DNA from: Felis catus
Lineage: Eukaryota
NCBI RefSeq assembly: GCF_018350175.1
Contig: NC_058368.1
Coordinates: 69,938,001 to 70,002,000 of the forward strand
Length of the DNA stretch: 64,000 bases
Direction of reading: 5' to 3'
Within the stretch, counting starts at the first letter, position 1. Each line of letters begins with the position of its first letter. Below, piece after piece: positions 1 to 11,982 of this stretch. Under the pieces are notes generated by a model that was not told the DNA's origin, made no database searches, and saw only the letters and a list, made by a program, of their open reading frames with translations. Both the position numbers and the translations under genes were made by a program.

Positions 1-1939
1 AAGCGCCCGCAGAGCCTGAGTCTCTCCCAGGCTCTTCCATTAATCATTCAGGCTCCCTTTGACATTTCCAGACCAAATGAGGACACGCTGCCTTAAATGA
101 AGAACGAATATGACCTAGCCTAGGAGTTATTTTTTTTTCTTAACAGAAAGCTACACTGCCTCATTACAATAAAAAAGCCATTTTCCACTAACCGCCCATT
201 AGTTGGTAACTCATTTCTATCAGAGCATCTTAATATCATTAGACCGGCAGGTGCTCCAAAGGTGCTGGTATCCAGGTCAGAGGAGGCTCCTCCTTTGGAG
301 CGAGAGAATCCCAGGATCCAAGTGCTTACCATTCTCCAGGGGTCACACATATTCCTTTGGTCTCTCCCCTCTGTCTTCTTCCTGATGGAGTTTCAATTCC
401 ATCGCAAACTGTATTGGTGAAAATAAGGTTCGGTGATAGATAGGAAGCATTAGGATGCATAAGCACAAGGATGGAACAGGAAGTGAAAGAATCCCAGTGT
501 GGAGACTGACAGTTACAAATGAGCAAGACTGAGAAACTCTCCCAGGGCGGATAATAGTTCCAACATTGTGCTTGTACTAAGTGGGGCTTGGCACAGAATG
601 AGAGAGATGGGGAGTTTGATAATAATGCTCAACACGTCTCCTAGGAGGGATTTTTGAAAGCATTTCTCTCCTAACTCACAAAAGGTCTGCACAGTGGATT
701 TCAGTGCATTTGCCGGGCTGAGGATTCACACGGGTGTCATTTTGAGAACGTTCTCAGACCAAGCAGATGTTACTGCTGTCACCGGTCAACTGGGACAGCC
801 CTCAATCCATTTTTTGGCTACATTTTGAAGAAGATGAAATCTGAACATGACCATTTTACGCAGTGGTGTCAGCCACATAGATGCTTGCTGGTGTTGCTTT
901 GTCCTCGTCTTTGTTTTCACCCGGTGCCTCAATTCTGGAAGGCCTACGGGATTTTTGAGGACAATAACAAAAACACACAAAAGATGAACAATACTGGAGT
1001 TAGCAAGGACGTCTGGCCCAATCCAATCTCTGATAGGTTCAGACGTTTGGGGGCCTGGTCTCATATGTTTATAATCCCTGTAGTATCCCACACGGCTGAG
1101 TTAACACTCTCTCAGAAGGTGGGAGAATCACTTTTAGTGAAACAGGAGTCTTTCTCCGAAGGCTTTAGCATAAAGGATGAAGGCAAGGGACATCTCCTCT
1201 GGATATTTTCATGGAAAGTTATTCCATTTCATGAAGGAAGAGCTGGAGAAAGTGCATGAAACTCTATCCCTTGGGGTCTGAGTCACTGTTTTCTGTTGGG
1301 AAGCTGACTCAGTCTTTGTCTGAGGTGGAGGTTGGGGTGGGAGAAAAGAGGCTGCCTGAGTTTTGTATCTGATCATCCCTATCAGCTGTCATCACATAAC
1401 CCCAAGAGGTTGCCACGCAGTCGTGCTGATTCCGTCGGGGTCTTCCAGAATGGTTTCCTGTTTCCAGCCCATGCTGCCTCTTGCCACACTGCCCACGTCT
1501 CTGCCCGTATGACCTCCTGCTTGCCTCCCAAAGGAGACAGGCCAGAGGGTCACTTCCCATGAAGCTCCACAATACCCCCAGGTCTGATGCCTGGGTAACT
1601 GGAGTGTCTGTGTGGGGGAGGCGCTTCCAGAACACGTGGTAACCACCTCAGACTCCTGTCCGATCCTCTCCCCCTTGGGGAGGGCAGGCTGGGATGAGGC
1701 GGCAGGCCTGTCAGGTAAGGCAATGTAAGGATTCTGGAAGGACGACGGCTTTCCTACTTCATGCTGGCACAAGGCATGGCATCTTTCACAAGCCTCTGCC
1801 TATCCTAAAAAGCATCTCTGGCCTCCTGGACATGTCACACAGACTCACCTTGGCAAGAGGGGAGGACATTGCCCTGTCACTCTCCCACCCATCCCCCAGC
1901 CTGGACAGCACCTTCTCTCTTCCAAGACAAAAGAAGGTG

Positions 1940-2600
1940 GTCTTACCTCCGGGGAAATAAATGAAGACCAACCAAATGCGACAAGCAGAGGCTGCTTATT
2001 CAGAGCTTGCTGGAGCAAGGGAATTGGACACCACCACTGGGGTTTGGCAGAGACTCAGAAGCAGGCAGAGCATGGGAGAGCTTCACAGAGTTCAAAGGGA
2101 AGTCTCTAGGTGTGCCCTGATTGGAGGCTGCTGGCCTTGGGAAGATGCAGGCAGGCTAACTAGAACTGGGGTGTCCTATGTGACGGATTGAGGCGCACAT
2201 TTGGTTTTCCCTGATCGGCACTAAGTTGGAAGTGGGTCCAAAACTAGGAGGGGTGGGCGCCTGGGTGGCTCAGTCGATTAAGCGTCCAACTTCGGCTCAG
2301 GACATGATCTCACGGTTCATGAGTTCGAGCCCCGCATTGTGCTCTGCGCTAACGGTGTGGAGTCTCTTGGGATTCTCGCTCTCTCCCTCTCTCTGCCCCT
2401 CCCCTGCTTGTGCTCTCTTAAAAATAAATAAACTCCAAAAAAAAAAAAATTAGGGAAGCTGCCAGTTATTTACCAAGTCCTGGCCATGTTTGGCCAACTG
2501 CTGGTGTGGTTATGTAGGTCGCGGGGCTGATGGCTAGAGATACCGGTCTGACCGCCTACAGGACTAACTTGTACTGCAGGCTGGCTTCTGGGCTGTATGT
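1940..2600. mobile_element. Old ERV LTR-like fragment interrupted by a Can-SINE (2254-2450, +)
   Basis: ttattcagagcttgct...gcaaggga...ttggcagagactc...gccctgattggaggctg resembles eutherian LTR consensus; family and boundaries not firmly assigned. Confidence 0.45.
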
Positions 2601-2723
2601 AAATCTCCTGAGATGCTTCTCCCTGCTGGTATGCTCTGCTTACGTGCCCAGTTCTAAAATAGCTTCTTCTTCCTTAATCAGTCTTCCTTCAGGCCTCATC
2701 TTCTCTTTCTAAAACTCCATCTC

Positions 2724-2925
2724 AGGGTGCCTGGGTGGCTTAGTCGTAACTATCTGACTTCTGCTCAGGTCATCACCTCACGGTGAGTTCAAGTCCCACA
2801 TTGGGTGAGCTCGAGCCCTGCTTCCTCTCTCTCACTTGTGACCCCTTTCTCTCTCTCTCTCTCTCTCTCTCTCAAAAAAATAACAAAATAAATGGTGTAT
2901 ATTACTAAAAAAAAAAAAAAATGAA
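2724..2925 (+). mobile_element. Can-SINE
   Basis: gggtgcctgggtggct head, (CT)n, A-tail; imperfect TSD aaac(t/c)ccatctca. Confidence 0.9.
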
Positions 2926-3553
2926 ACCCCATCTCAAAGTGTGAGGTCTTGGTGGACGTTTGCAAAAAGGGGACTGATTAAGGTGCGAGTATGCCTGCAG
3001 CGCCTTCCCCGATGCCTCTGTATCTCTGTAGAAGATGCTGGTTAAAGCTAAAGCAGCTCCAATTCGTGCAAGTTCTGGGGTGTGTCTCAGGGAAAGGATC
3101 CCTGGCAATAAGGGAGGGGAGTATCCTGAAGCGGGTAATTATGTCCTGTGCAGTGGGAGGGCCTCTTTAATTGCCGAGGGCGAGAGTGAGAGAACAGCCA
3201 CACCCCTGGGCAAGCCACAAAACAAGGAATGAACAAGGGATGTGATGCCACCCTGGGGTGACGCAATTCAGAGGCCTATCACCACACTGGAATGTTCCCT
3301 GGCCTCTCAGGTTGGAGGCGGAATCGGTGAGTGTGGACCATCACCGGCCCTCTCAGGTCACTTATGACATTCTGTCCCCATAGCTTCGGGCTCAATATTC
3401 TGCTGCTCATGGAGTGTGTTCCGTCCGCAGTTCAAAGCCCACAAGGGGAAAATCAGTGGCTAGGAATCTGGCAGAGAAACTGCAGAGGGCTGGGCCTGGG
3501 CCACCTTTGTTGGGTCAATAGACAGGATTCCATGTCTCCCTACTTGTTCTTGT

Positions 3554-4075
3554 TGTGAAAACCATGTCCCTGGTGCTGGACAAAGTGCGGGGAATATCAT
3601 TAGAAACGAAATCCACTCCTAACCCCCCAACCCCCCTCCACAAAGGTAGAAGAGAAAGAAAACAGGTTTATTACTGAACAGCGTTAAACCAGAATGTGTG
3701 AGCATCACAGGCAACCAGCTGGAGGGGCTGCAAAGACAGAAAGCATCTCTCTTGGGCACCTAAGTGGATAACTCGTTTATGTCAGGCAGGTTCCACGATG
3801 TGGAGTCAGGTGAAGTTAGGCGCATCTCCCCCAAAAGGGAAACTGGAAGCTGGGGCGTCACCTTCCTTGATGATCACACACAAAGAGATGCCCCCCGGGT
3901 CTTTGAGTTGTAAGACTGGCAAATGGCTTCTGTGGCCATTAAAAAGATTCCTGTGCATTTGGAAAGGATGGAGAAAGGAATTCTGAAAGAAAAATGAGGC
4001 AGGGGAGTGTTTTCCCCCCTTCCTTTCAACTGGGAGAATTAAGCCTTTAATTTTTAATTTATATTTGCCCTTACA
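3554..4075 (-). mobile_element. ERV solo LTR (family unassigned)
   Basis: Minus strand begins TGTAAGGGCAAATATAAATTAAAAATTAA, has an internal AATAAA (plus tttatt near 3667) and ends CA. Confidence 0.6.
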
Positions 4076-4282
4076 AAAGTTACCCCTGTGTCAGGAGTCA
4101 GGATCAGGGTCTAGAGGGACTGGGCTGGAGCCCTGCAGCCAGCGAGCCTGGGGATGGCACCAGGCTCTGGGAGCAGATCTCATTTCAGGTGAGTTTCTGT
4201 CTTCCCTGTGCTGTCTGCGGCCACAGTGAGGGAACCGGGCTCTCCTTTGATGGCTAGAGACACCCTCCCTGGCGAAGGGGGC

Positions 4283-4445
4283 ATTTATAAGGGCTTCTGT
4301 CCCCCCTTCCTTCTCCCCCATACAGCCCAACCCCCTCCCCGCCCCCACCCTGTTAGATTCTCACATCTTTATCTCTGATCTTGACGCACAAGATAAGGTT
4401 TCTATAATGGAAAAAAAGAGCAAGAACGAGTCAGGTGGTGAGTCA
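4283..4445 (-). promoter_or_regulatory. Candidate promoter/enhancer: AP-1, 2x GATA, SP/KLF GC box, TATA
   Basis: TGAGTCA 4439-4445; AGATAAG 4391-4397; TTTATCT 4368-4374; CCCCCTCCCCGCCCCCACCC 4331-4350; minus-strand TATAAAT 4283-4289. Confidence 0.4.
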
Positions 4446-4745
4446 GAGCCAATTGAGCCAGCAATTTAAGAAGCCTGCTCTAAAAGCTGATGCTGGGGCC
4501 GCAGCTTGTGAAGCAGAGCACAGCGACCCGCCGGCACATCACAATCCTTGCGCGCACATTCCTTCCCCCTCCCTCCAAGGAGTGATCCTCGAAACTGGCC
4601 CTCTCTGGAAACGCTGCCTGTCCTGCTATTGCTTCCAGCGCTCTGGAGGAGTGGACATCCTGTGGTGTCTGAAACATTCCCTCGGAGGCCCAAGCACCTA
4701 TGGTGGGTTTCTAGCAAAGCCATCCAAGGTTGAAAAAGATCTCCA

Positions 4746-5155
4746 GGGACACCTGGGTGGTCAGTGAGTTAAGCATCTGATTCCATTTTGGCTCAGGTCA
4801 TGATCTCAAGGTTGTGAGATGAGATCTGCCACGAGATGAGCGCAGAGCCTGCTTAAGATTCTCCCCAGGGCACTTGGGTGGCTCTGTTAATTAAGACCTG
4901 ACTCTGAGCCCTTGGTTCAGGTCATGATCTCGCTGTTCGTGGGTTCGAGCCCCATGTTGGGCTCTTCACTGCGCTTGGGATTCTCTCCCTTTCTCTCTGC
5001 TCTTCCCCCACCTCTCTCAAAATAAATAAGTAAACTTAAGAAAAAAAGTAAAACCCAATTAAAAAAAAAATCTCCCCTCTCTCTGTTCCTCCCCTCCTGA
5101 ACTGGTGTGCACACTCTTTCAAAAAAAAAAAAAAAAAAAAAAAGAAAAGAAAAAG
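4746..5155 (+). mobile_element. Can-SINE with a second Can-SINE (about 4868-5070) nested inside it
   Basis: Outer TSD gaaaaagatct; inner TSD tctcccc; two SINE heads and two A-tails. Confidence 0.85.
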
Positions 5156-5500
5156 AAAAAGATCTTAATTATATCATAAGGTCAAAACGTCTGCCTCCAG
5201 AAAGGTCATGACCTGATGTCCTCGGGGCAAATAACTGCTGGTCTTACCTTGAATTAAATGCTGATGTTGCTACAGGTTCCTGCTCATTTGCTTGTTCACC
5301 TCATTTGCCTCTTCAACGAGAAAGGATTGATGGCCAGCTTTGTGTTGGGCATTGCTCCGACGGTGTGTGGACAAAGAACAGATTCTGCCTCTGCACATCC
5401 CTACAGAGAGGACAAATGCATCAAGATGTGGGGTCTGAGCCATCCATCCCCCCCAGAGAAGTGAGCTCTGGCAGTGTCACCTGACATGCGGTCTGAATCT

Positions 5501-6450
5501 TGTTGTACCTCACCTTGCCACCAAAAACCCAAGTTCGGCTGCCCATCCCTCGAAAGGCCAGTACTCAAGGGGCACCCAGGTGGTTCAGTGAGTTAAGCAT
5601 CTGCTTTTGATTTCAGCTCAGGTCATGATCTTATGGTTCCTGAGAGAGAGCCTCTCCATGCTGGGTGTAGAGCCTGCTTAAGATTCTCTCTCTCCCTCTG
5701 CCCTTCTCCTGTTTGTGATCACACTCTCTAGAAAGAATAAAGAAAAGAAGAGAAGAGAAGAGAAAATAAAAGAAAAGAAGAGAAAAGAAAGGGAGAGAGA
5801 GAGAGGGAGAGGGAGAGGGAGAGGGAGAGGGAGGGAGGGAGGGAGGGAGGGAGAAAAGCCAATACTCAAGAGATGAGTTTTGATTGGAAAGGAATAGGAG
5901 GTTTATTCAGGTGGCCGACTACCTGGGGAAGGCCAGCTCTTGTCCAAAAACCAACTCCTAGGTTTCTGTCTGGCCCAATAATTTTGTAAAGGAATTTTAG
6001 GGCAGTTAATCAGTAAAAGGGGAGCACAGTGGTCTGTCACACTTGATTGCCTGCAGACTCAATGGTGCCAGCTACAGACATTATCGTGGTGCTCTGAGGT
6101 TGTCCTGGTGCCCTTGGGGGGGAAGTTGGGTAAGACGGCTGGGTTCTGAATCTTTCTAGGAAACAATTCATGATCTATACAAAGAAAGGTTTAGCTAAGC
6201 AATCATGTAGGCTACAGGTGCTTGCTAAAACTTAAAGACTACTGAGTTGGCAGAGGGCCAAGGCGGTGGCTTCAGCCTTCTGGAAAAATGTTCGGCAGGA
6301 AGACCAGGAAACGTTTCTTGAAAAATATCTGTAGCAGATAAGGCTGCAAAGACGCTTAACTGTGGTCTCGGCTTTTGGCTAAAATCTGTGATTCAGCTGT
6401 GCAGTCAGGTGTGCCTGTGGAAGGTCAAGAAGCCAACTCCTTTGTCTTTT
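5501..6450. mobile_element. Carnivore ERV LTR-like element interrupted by a Can-SINE (5570-5852)
   Basis: Starts tgttgtacctcacc...caagttcggctgccc...; SINE TSD gaaaggccagtactcaag / gaaaagccaatactcaag; right boundary uncertain. Confidence 0.5.
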
Positions 6451-6770
6451 CGGGAACCCACACCTCGAGCACCTAGGTTACCATGAACTCTGACCAGCAT
6501 AGTGATGCCAGTAATATAAACCATGCCATTTACCTTTATTGTTATACCTGAATACTTACTTTCAACACGAGTAAACATCGATGTGTAATAAAAACTCTCA
6601 GAAACTGTGTTTTAAAGCATGGCACAAGTCTTAGTTTGCAGGATTACTTCAATGAACTTGCATTGCTACCACTGATCAATCTTTATTAAGTTTAGGAGTT
6701 AAAGAATAGATAAAGCTTAACTTTCGTCACTTGCCACTGGAGGGGATGGGAAGCTTCATAACCCGGTGAC

Positions 6771-7159
6771 TGTAGAGGACCGTTTTAGGCAACCAACCTG
6801 AACCGTGGAAACCTGAGTAAGGCAGAAGGGCCCACAGTGACCCTTACCCCCCGGCTAAATACAAACAGGTCCATTAGGCAACCCACCTCAAAATATCCAT
6901 ACGCCCTAGCTGACCAATGTGCTACTTACACCTAGACACAGGTACCAAAAAAGGAAAACGCTATACATTCCCATACCTGCTCACCTTCCCCCTTAACTAT
7001 AGCCCCCGACCACTGCCTCTTAGCATAGTCTCTCCCTTGCTACCATGCCCAACGCTCCCTTGCCGTGTATTCAATCAACTTCTATCTCCTTTGTTCTGCC
7101 TTGGGTGAATTCTTTCACCGCCGGCACCACCGGCCTCCACCTGATCAGGTCACACCACA
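6771..7159 (+). mobile_element. ERV solo LTR (about 390 bp), fused at its 3' end to a partial SINE
   Basis: TGTAGAGG...CACCACA termini; CCAAT box; TATA-like ctatag; degenerate poly(A) signal aatcaa; U5-like gtgaattctttcacc. Confidence 0.75.
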
Positions 7160-8439
7160 GAGCCTGATGTGGAGCTCAAATTCACACACCCTGAGATCAT
7201 GACCTGAGCCAAAGTCAGACGCTTGACCAACTGAGCCACCCAGGTGCCCCTGGATATCGATTTTAACAGTTGGTCATTTCCATTCACCCAAAAGAAACAT
7301 TCAGTGCATCTGTAGTCACAGGGGACACCCTTCAGCTGAATCTACATGGTTCTAAATGAGTGATTTATAGGGAAGTCAGAGTGGGGGTGGGTGATGAGTG
7401 AAGGACAATGAAGGCAGAGATGAAAGGTAACCAAAAAGCTGAAGAAGTTGTGAGCTCAAGAGCTTGTGTGGGAGGAGTCTTGCAGGAGGGGGTCATTGAC
7501 GCCCACTTCCTTCTCAAGGAAGGAACATCTGCATTTCTTTTTTGAGGCCAATACCCCATTTGGTACAAGCATTTTAGCACCTAGACCCCCATCTTGTCCC
7601 CACCCTTTGTCCAGAGGCCTTGGTTTCTCCAAAGCCCGCTCTTGAAAACCGGGGCTTGTAGCTCTGCCCCTGCTGACCATCACCAGATTCCATCTCTCAG
7701 AGCCTAACCTGTGACCCCACTGCCTGTCCCATCCGGCACTGACCGCTAACTGTCCACCACAGGCTGCTTCTGCTCCTGACCTGGCATGAGCTGAAGCCCC
7801 ATAACAGTGGCACAGCTGCCATATTATTCAGTATAGAAATGTGCTTGATCAGAGCTTTAAGACATAATACACCAGAATTTAAGAAATCTTTAGAATAAAT
7901 AGGTAAAGGAAGAAAAACATACCATAGGTACCAGCATTTTAAAAAATAGGTCCTGTACCAAGCCACATAATAGGTGGCCTTGAAATAATACTGATTATAC
8001 AATAGGGAGTGAGGACCCCAGGAGGACTCACACCAGGAAAATTGGGGGGGGGGGTGCAAATGGACCACTTACTGCTACAATATCTTACTTCATCATGATT
8101 ATATGCATGGGGAGTAGAGGTAAAAAAAAAATGTACCATATAATTAAATGAATTGGAAACTCTTCCATGTCTGTCTTTCCAAAGCATGCTTAATATTTGA
8201 TTTAAATATTTCCTTTTTTTTTTAAGTTTTATTTATTTATTTTGAGAGAAAGAGATCATGAGCAGGGGAGGGGCAGAGAGAGGGAGAGAGAGAATGCCAA
8301 GCAGGCTCTCAGCCCAGAGCCTGACATGGAGCTCAAACTCACGAACCGTGAGATCATGACCTGAGCCGAAATCAAGAGTTGGTCACTCAACCGACTGTGC
8401 CACCCAGATGCCTCTGATTTAAACATTTCTAATGTTTAT

Positions 8440-10090
8440 ATTTTCTTTTTTTAATTTAAACTTTTTATTCTGAAGAAAAAAAAAAGCCTTTGGATGTCAG
8501 AAAAGTTGTAAGATTACAATAGAATATGATAAACTCCATATAACCTTCACCTGAGTTCACGGATCTTAGCCATTTTTATGCACTGCTTTCTTGCTCTCAT
8601 TCTCTGCTCTCCCCAGCCCCTCCTTCTCTCTCACTCACAGTATCTCATAAGAGCAAAGACATTCTCTTGCCTAATTATAGTACAATTAGTCCAAGTCAGG
8701 GGATACCATAACAATGCTATTCAATTAGCTAACCACTTGTCCAGTAATGTATTTTATAGGCAATTTTTTTCTAAGCCTCTACTCCAGGATTGTGCTTTGT
8801 ACTTTGTATTTAGTTGTTTTGTCCTTCTTTCCTTTAATCAAGACCAGTTCCTCAGGCTTCTTCTTCCTCTTCTTCTTCTTCTTTTTTTTCCTCTTCAATG
8901 ACATTGACATTTTGTATTAAAGAGTAGAGGCCATTTGCTTTGTACTATGTTCCAGGGAACAATCAAATCAAGCTTTCCTCTTGATTAGAATCAGTTGGCT
9001 CATTTTTGGAAGGGCTCCTACATCAGTGATATTGGATCTTTCTCAGTGCATTGCATTAGGGGGCACATGATGATGTTCATTCATCCCGTTACTGGGATCA
9101 CTCAGTTAAGGTAATCCCCTTCAGATGTCTCCACAGCAAAGTTCCCTTTTTTCCCTTTGCAATTAATAAGTTAACTGCAGGATATACTTTGAGACATGTG
9201 AATAGCCTGTAATCCATTGTATTTGTCAGGGTTTTCTGGGGAAATAAAACCAATGATGTGCATGTATATGTATGGAGAGAGAAAGAGGGAGCAAAGATTG
9301 ATTTTAAGAAGTTGGCTCACACAGTCATGGTAGTTGTTGAGTCCAAAATCTGCAGGATAGGCTGGCAGGCTGGAGACAGAATTCCCACTTCTTTGGGAGA
9401 CTTCAGTCTTTTTCTTTTATGGCCTTCAAAGGGTTGGATGAGGCCCACCCATATCATGGAGGACAATCTGCTTTACTCAGTCTAGTGATTTCAATGTCAA
9501 TCTCATCTAAAAAATACCTTTACAGTGACATTCAGACTGGCCTAGCCAAGTTGACATACAATTAACTATCACACTCCTCAAACTTCTATCCAATGGTTTC
9601 ACCATACATTGATTATTTTTAGCTTTAATTGATCATGACCATGATGATTCAAAATGGCAGTGTTCTAACTCTATCATTCCTTCTACATTTGTCAGCCATT
9701 AAAAAAAAAAAACCCAGGAAAATGCAGATAAAGCTAAATTCTTCCACTGTTTCCCAGAAGTATGATATATAATTATTATTTTGGTGTAATATCTCATCAA
9801 TTCCACATAGTTTCATTTTGTAAGTAAGTCTTTGCTTCATTTGGAACTTATACCAAGTACATTGTGACATATGGAGCCAACCTGATTTTTTCCCAGATGA
9901 CTTTATTATCACCATTTGTCAAAAGTCCATGTTTTCTCGCAATGATTTGATATGATAAAATTCTATATTCCCATATAATCTGGCTCCACTTTGATTTTTG
10001 TATTCTATTCCATTTATTTGTCTTTTCGTGGCCCATAGTCCCTGTTTAATTATAGGGCTTCCATAATATCTTGTGCTATCTCCTGGAGAC
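8440..10090 (-). mobile_element. Ancient L1 (L1MC-like) fragments, interrupted by an MLT2 LTR
   Basis: T-rich degenerate L1 3'-end and ORF2 antisense motifs (e.g. gaaaagttg...ccatataaccttcacc; tttgtattctattccattta). Confidence 0.55.
9218..9573 (-). mobile_element. MLT2 (ERVL) LTR
   Basis: ttggctcacacagtcatgg...gtccaaaatctgcagg...ttggatgaggcccaccc...gcctagccaagttgacata...aactatcaca matches MLT2 consensus. Confidence 0.85.
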
Positions 10091-10093
10091 AAT

Positions 10094-10933
10094 TGTCTGT
10101 GTGTTTCTTGCATTTTTGCACATTTTTTGAGGGGTGCCTGGGAGGCTCAGTTGGTTGAGCATCTGACTTTGGCTCAGGTCATGATCTCATAGCTCATGGT
10201 TTCAAGCCCCACATCGGGCTCTGTGCTGGCAGCTCAGAGCCTGGAGCCTGGTTTGGATTCTGTATCCCTCCCTTTCTCTCTGCCCCTTCCCAGCTTGTGC
10301 TCTCTCCCTGAAAAATAAAGAAACTTAGGGGGGGGGGGGCCTGGGCAGCTCAGTTGGTTGGGCGTCTGATTTCTACTCAAGTCACGATCTCACGGCTCAT
10401 GAGTTTGAGCCCCATGTCTGGCTCTGTGCTGACAGCTCAGAGCCGGGAGCCTGCTTTGGATTCTGTGTCTCCCTCTCCCTCTGCCCCTCCCTCACTTGTG
10501 GTCTGTCTCTCTCTCAAGAATAAACAAACATTAAAAAAAATTAAAAAAAAAAACTTAAAAAAAATTTGCACATCCTTTGAGCTGATGATGCCTTTGTTCT
10601 GGGCTTCCTTTAAAGGATATGTGTATAACAAACAGTGTTGGAAGACAGAGATCATGTCTCCCAGAAGCAAAGGGCAGGCATGCTCCCATCTGTTATAAAA
10701 GATTTGGGCTCCCTAAGTTCAGAGTTTCTCCCCTGTCAGGCAACCTACATGGCTGTATTCATGTCACCTGTGGAAACTAGGGTTCAGGGAACACATCCAG
10801 GAAAATGTTGATAATGCTGACACTTTGCTTTAGCCAGGAATCTTGTGTCTTTTATCATATCATGAACCTGTAGGGGGCTAACTTGTTAGCTTGCAGGAAG
10901 GTTAAAATCTCTGACCCTTCCTGGTTGTTGACA
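10094..10933 (+). mobile_element. ERV LTR interrupted by two tandem Can-SINEs (about 10130-10563)
   Basis: Ends ggctaacttgttagcttgcag...ggttaaaatctctgacccttc...ttgaca; TATAAAA near 10694; SINE TSD tttgcacat. Confidence 0.6.
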
Positions 10934-11325
10934 TCACTTCATAGGGGAGTCCTTCCTCAATGCCCCTCTTGATTAGACTTTTCCTGGTGTTCTTACATGC
11001 TTATTTGTCCATGTAACCTTTAGAATTAATCTAGTTCTCAAAGTCAATCAATCAGACAAAACCTTGTATTTTATATGGAACATGCTAATTTCACAAATCA
11101 ATTTCAAGAGAATCTATAATTTCATTGGTGAATGTTCCCTTTTTCTAGGTTCTCATGGCCAAACTTGTAATCCAGGTCTTTAGTAATTTACAGCTGAACT
11201 ACATGTCTTCTTAAAACCAAATTTTGGATTTTGTTTAAATAAATGAAAAGAAAACCCTATTAAACCTTGGGATGAAAAGCATAGTGGCCAAAACATGGCC
11301 TGTCATTAAAATAGAACACACCCCA

Positions 11326-11540
11326 GGGCTCCTGGGTGGTTCAGTTGGTTGAGTGGCCGACTTTGACTCAGGTCATGATCTCGAGGTTCATGGTTTGAGC
11401 CCCGCATTGGGCTCTGTGCTGACAGCTCGAAGCCTGGACCCTGCTTTAGATTCTGTGTCTCCCTCTCTCTCTGCCCCTCCCCCACTCCCGCTTGCTCTAT
11501 CTCTCTCAAAAATAAATAAACATTAAAAAAAAAAAAAAGA
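11326..11540 (+). mobile_element. Can-SINE
   Basis: Full-length; TSD agaacacacccca. Confidence 0.92.
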
Positions 11541-11758
11541 ACACACCCCAGAGGGCTGCCCTGAAGATTGAATGAAGTCATACACGTGGGTCAAGCACGA
11601 TAAGAAGTCATTAAATGTTAGTGATTGTTATAATTATTTCTTTTGGTAGCAGTGATCTTTCATCTCACATGAACAAAAAAATCCCAGTTCTGACCATTTT
11701 CATATGTGTGAATCTGTGTGGTGAGGAAGCTCAAGGTCATTTATTTTTTAAGATTTTT

Positions 11759-11982
11759 TTTTTATTTTTATTTTTTTCAACGTTTATTTTTATTTTTGGG
11801 ACAGAGAGAGACAGAGCATGAACGGGGGAGGGGCAGAGAGAGAGGGAGACACAGAATCGGAAACAGGCTCCAGGCTCCGAGCCATCAGCCCAGAGCCTGA
11901 CGCGGGGCTCGAACTCACGGACCGCGAGATCGTGACCTGGCTGAAGTCGGACGCTTAACCGACTGCGCCACCCAGGCGCCCC
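11759..11982 (-). mobile_element. Young cat-type Can-SINE inserted into the tail of an older SINE (about 11990-12197)
   Basis: CpG-rich, near-identical to copies at 28.7, 40.1, 40.4 and 54.5 kb; TSD ttttttaagattttt 11744-11758 / 11983-11997. Confidence 0.95.

Noticed and set aside
786..1259. Overlapping ORFs of 101 and 144 aa
   Set aside because: No recognisable protein similarity or splice structure. A BLASTX search would be needed to fully exclude a decayed pseudogene or ERV fragment.
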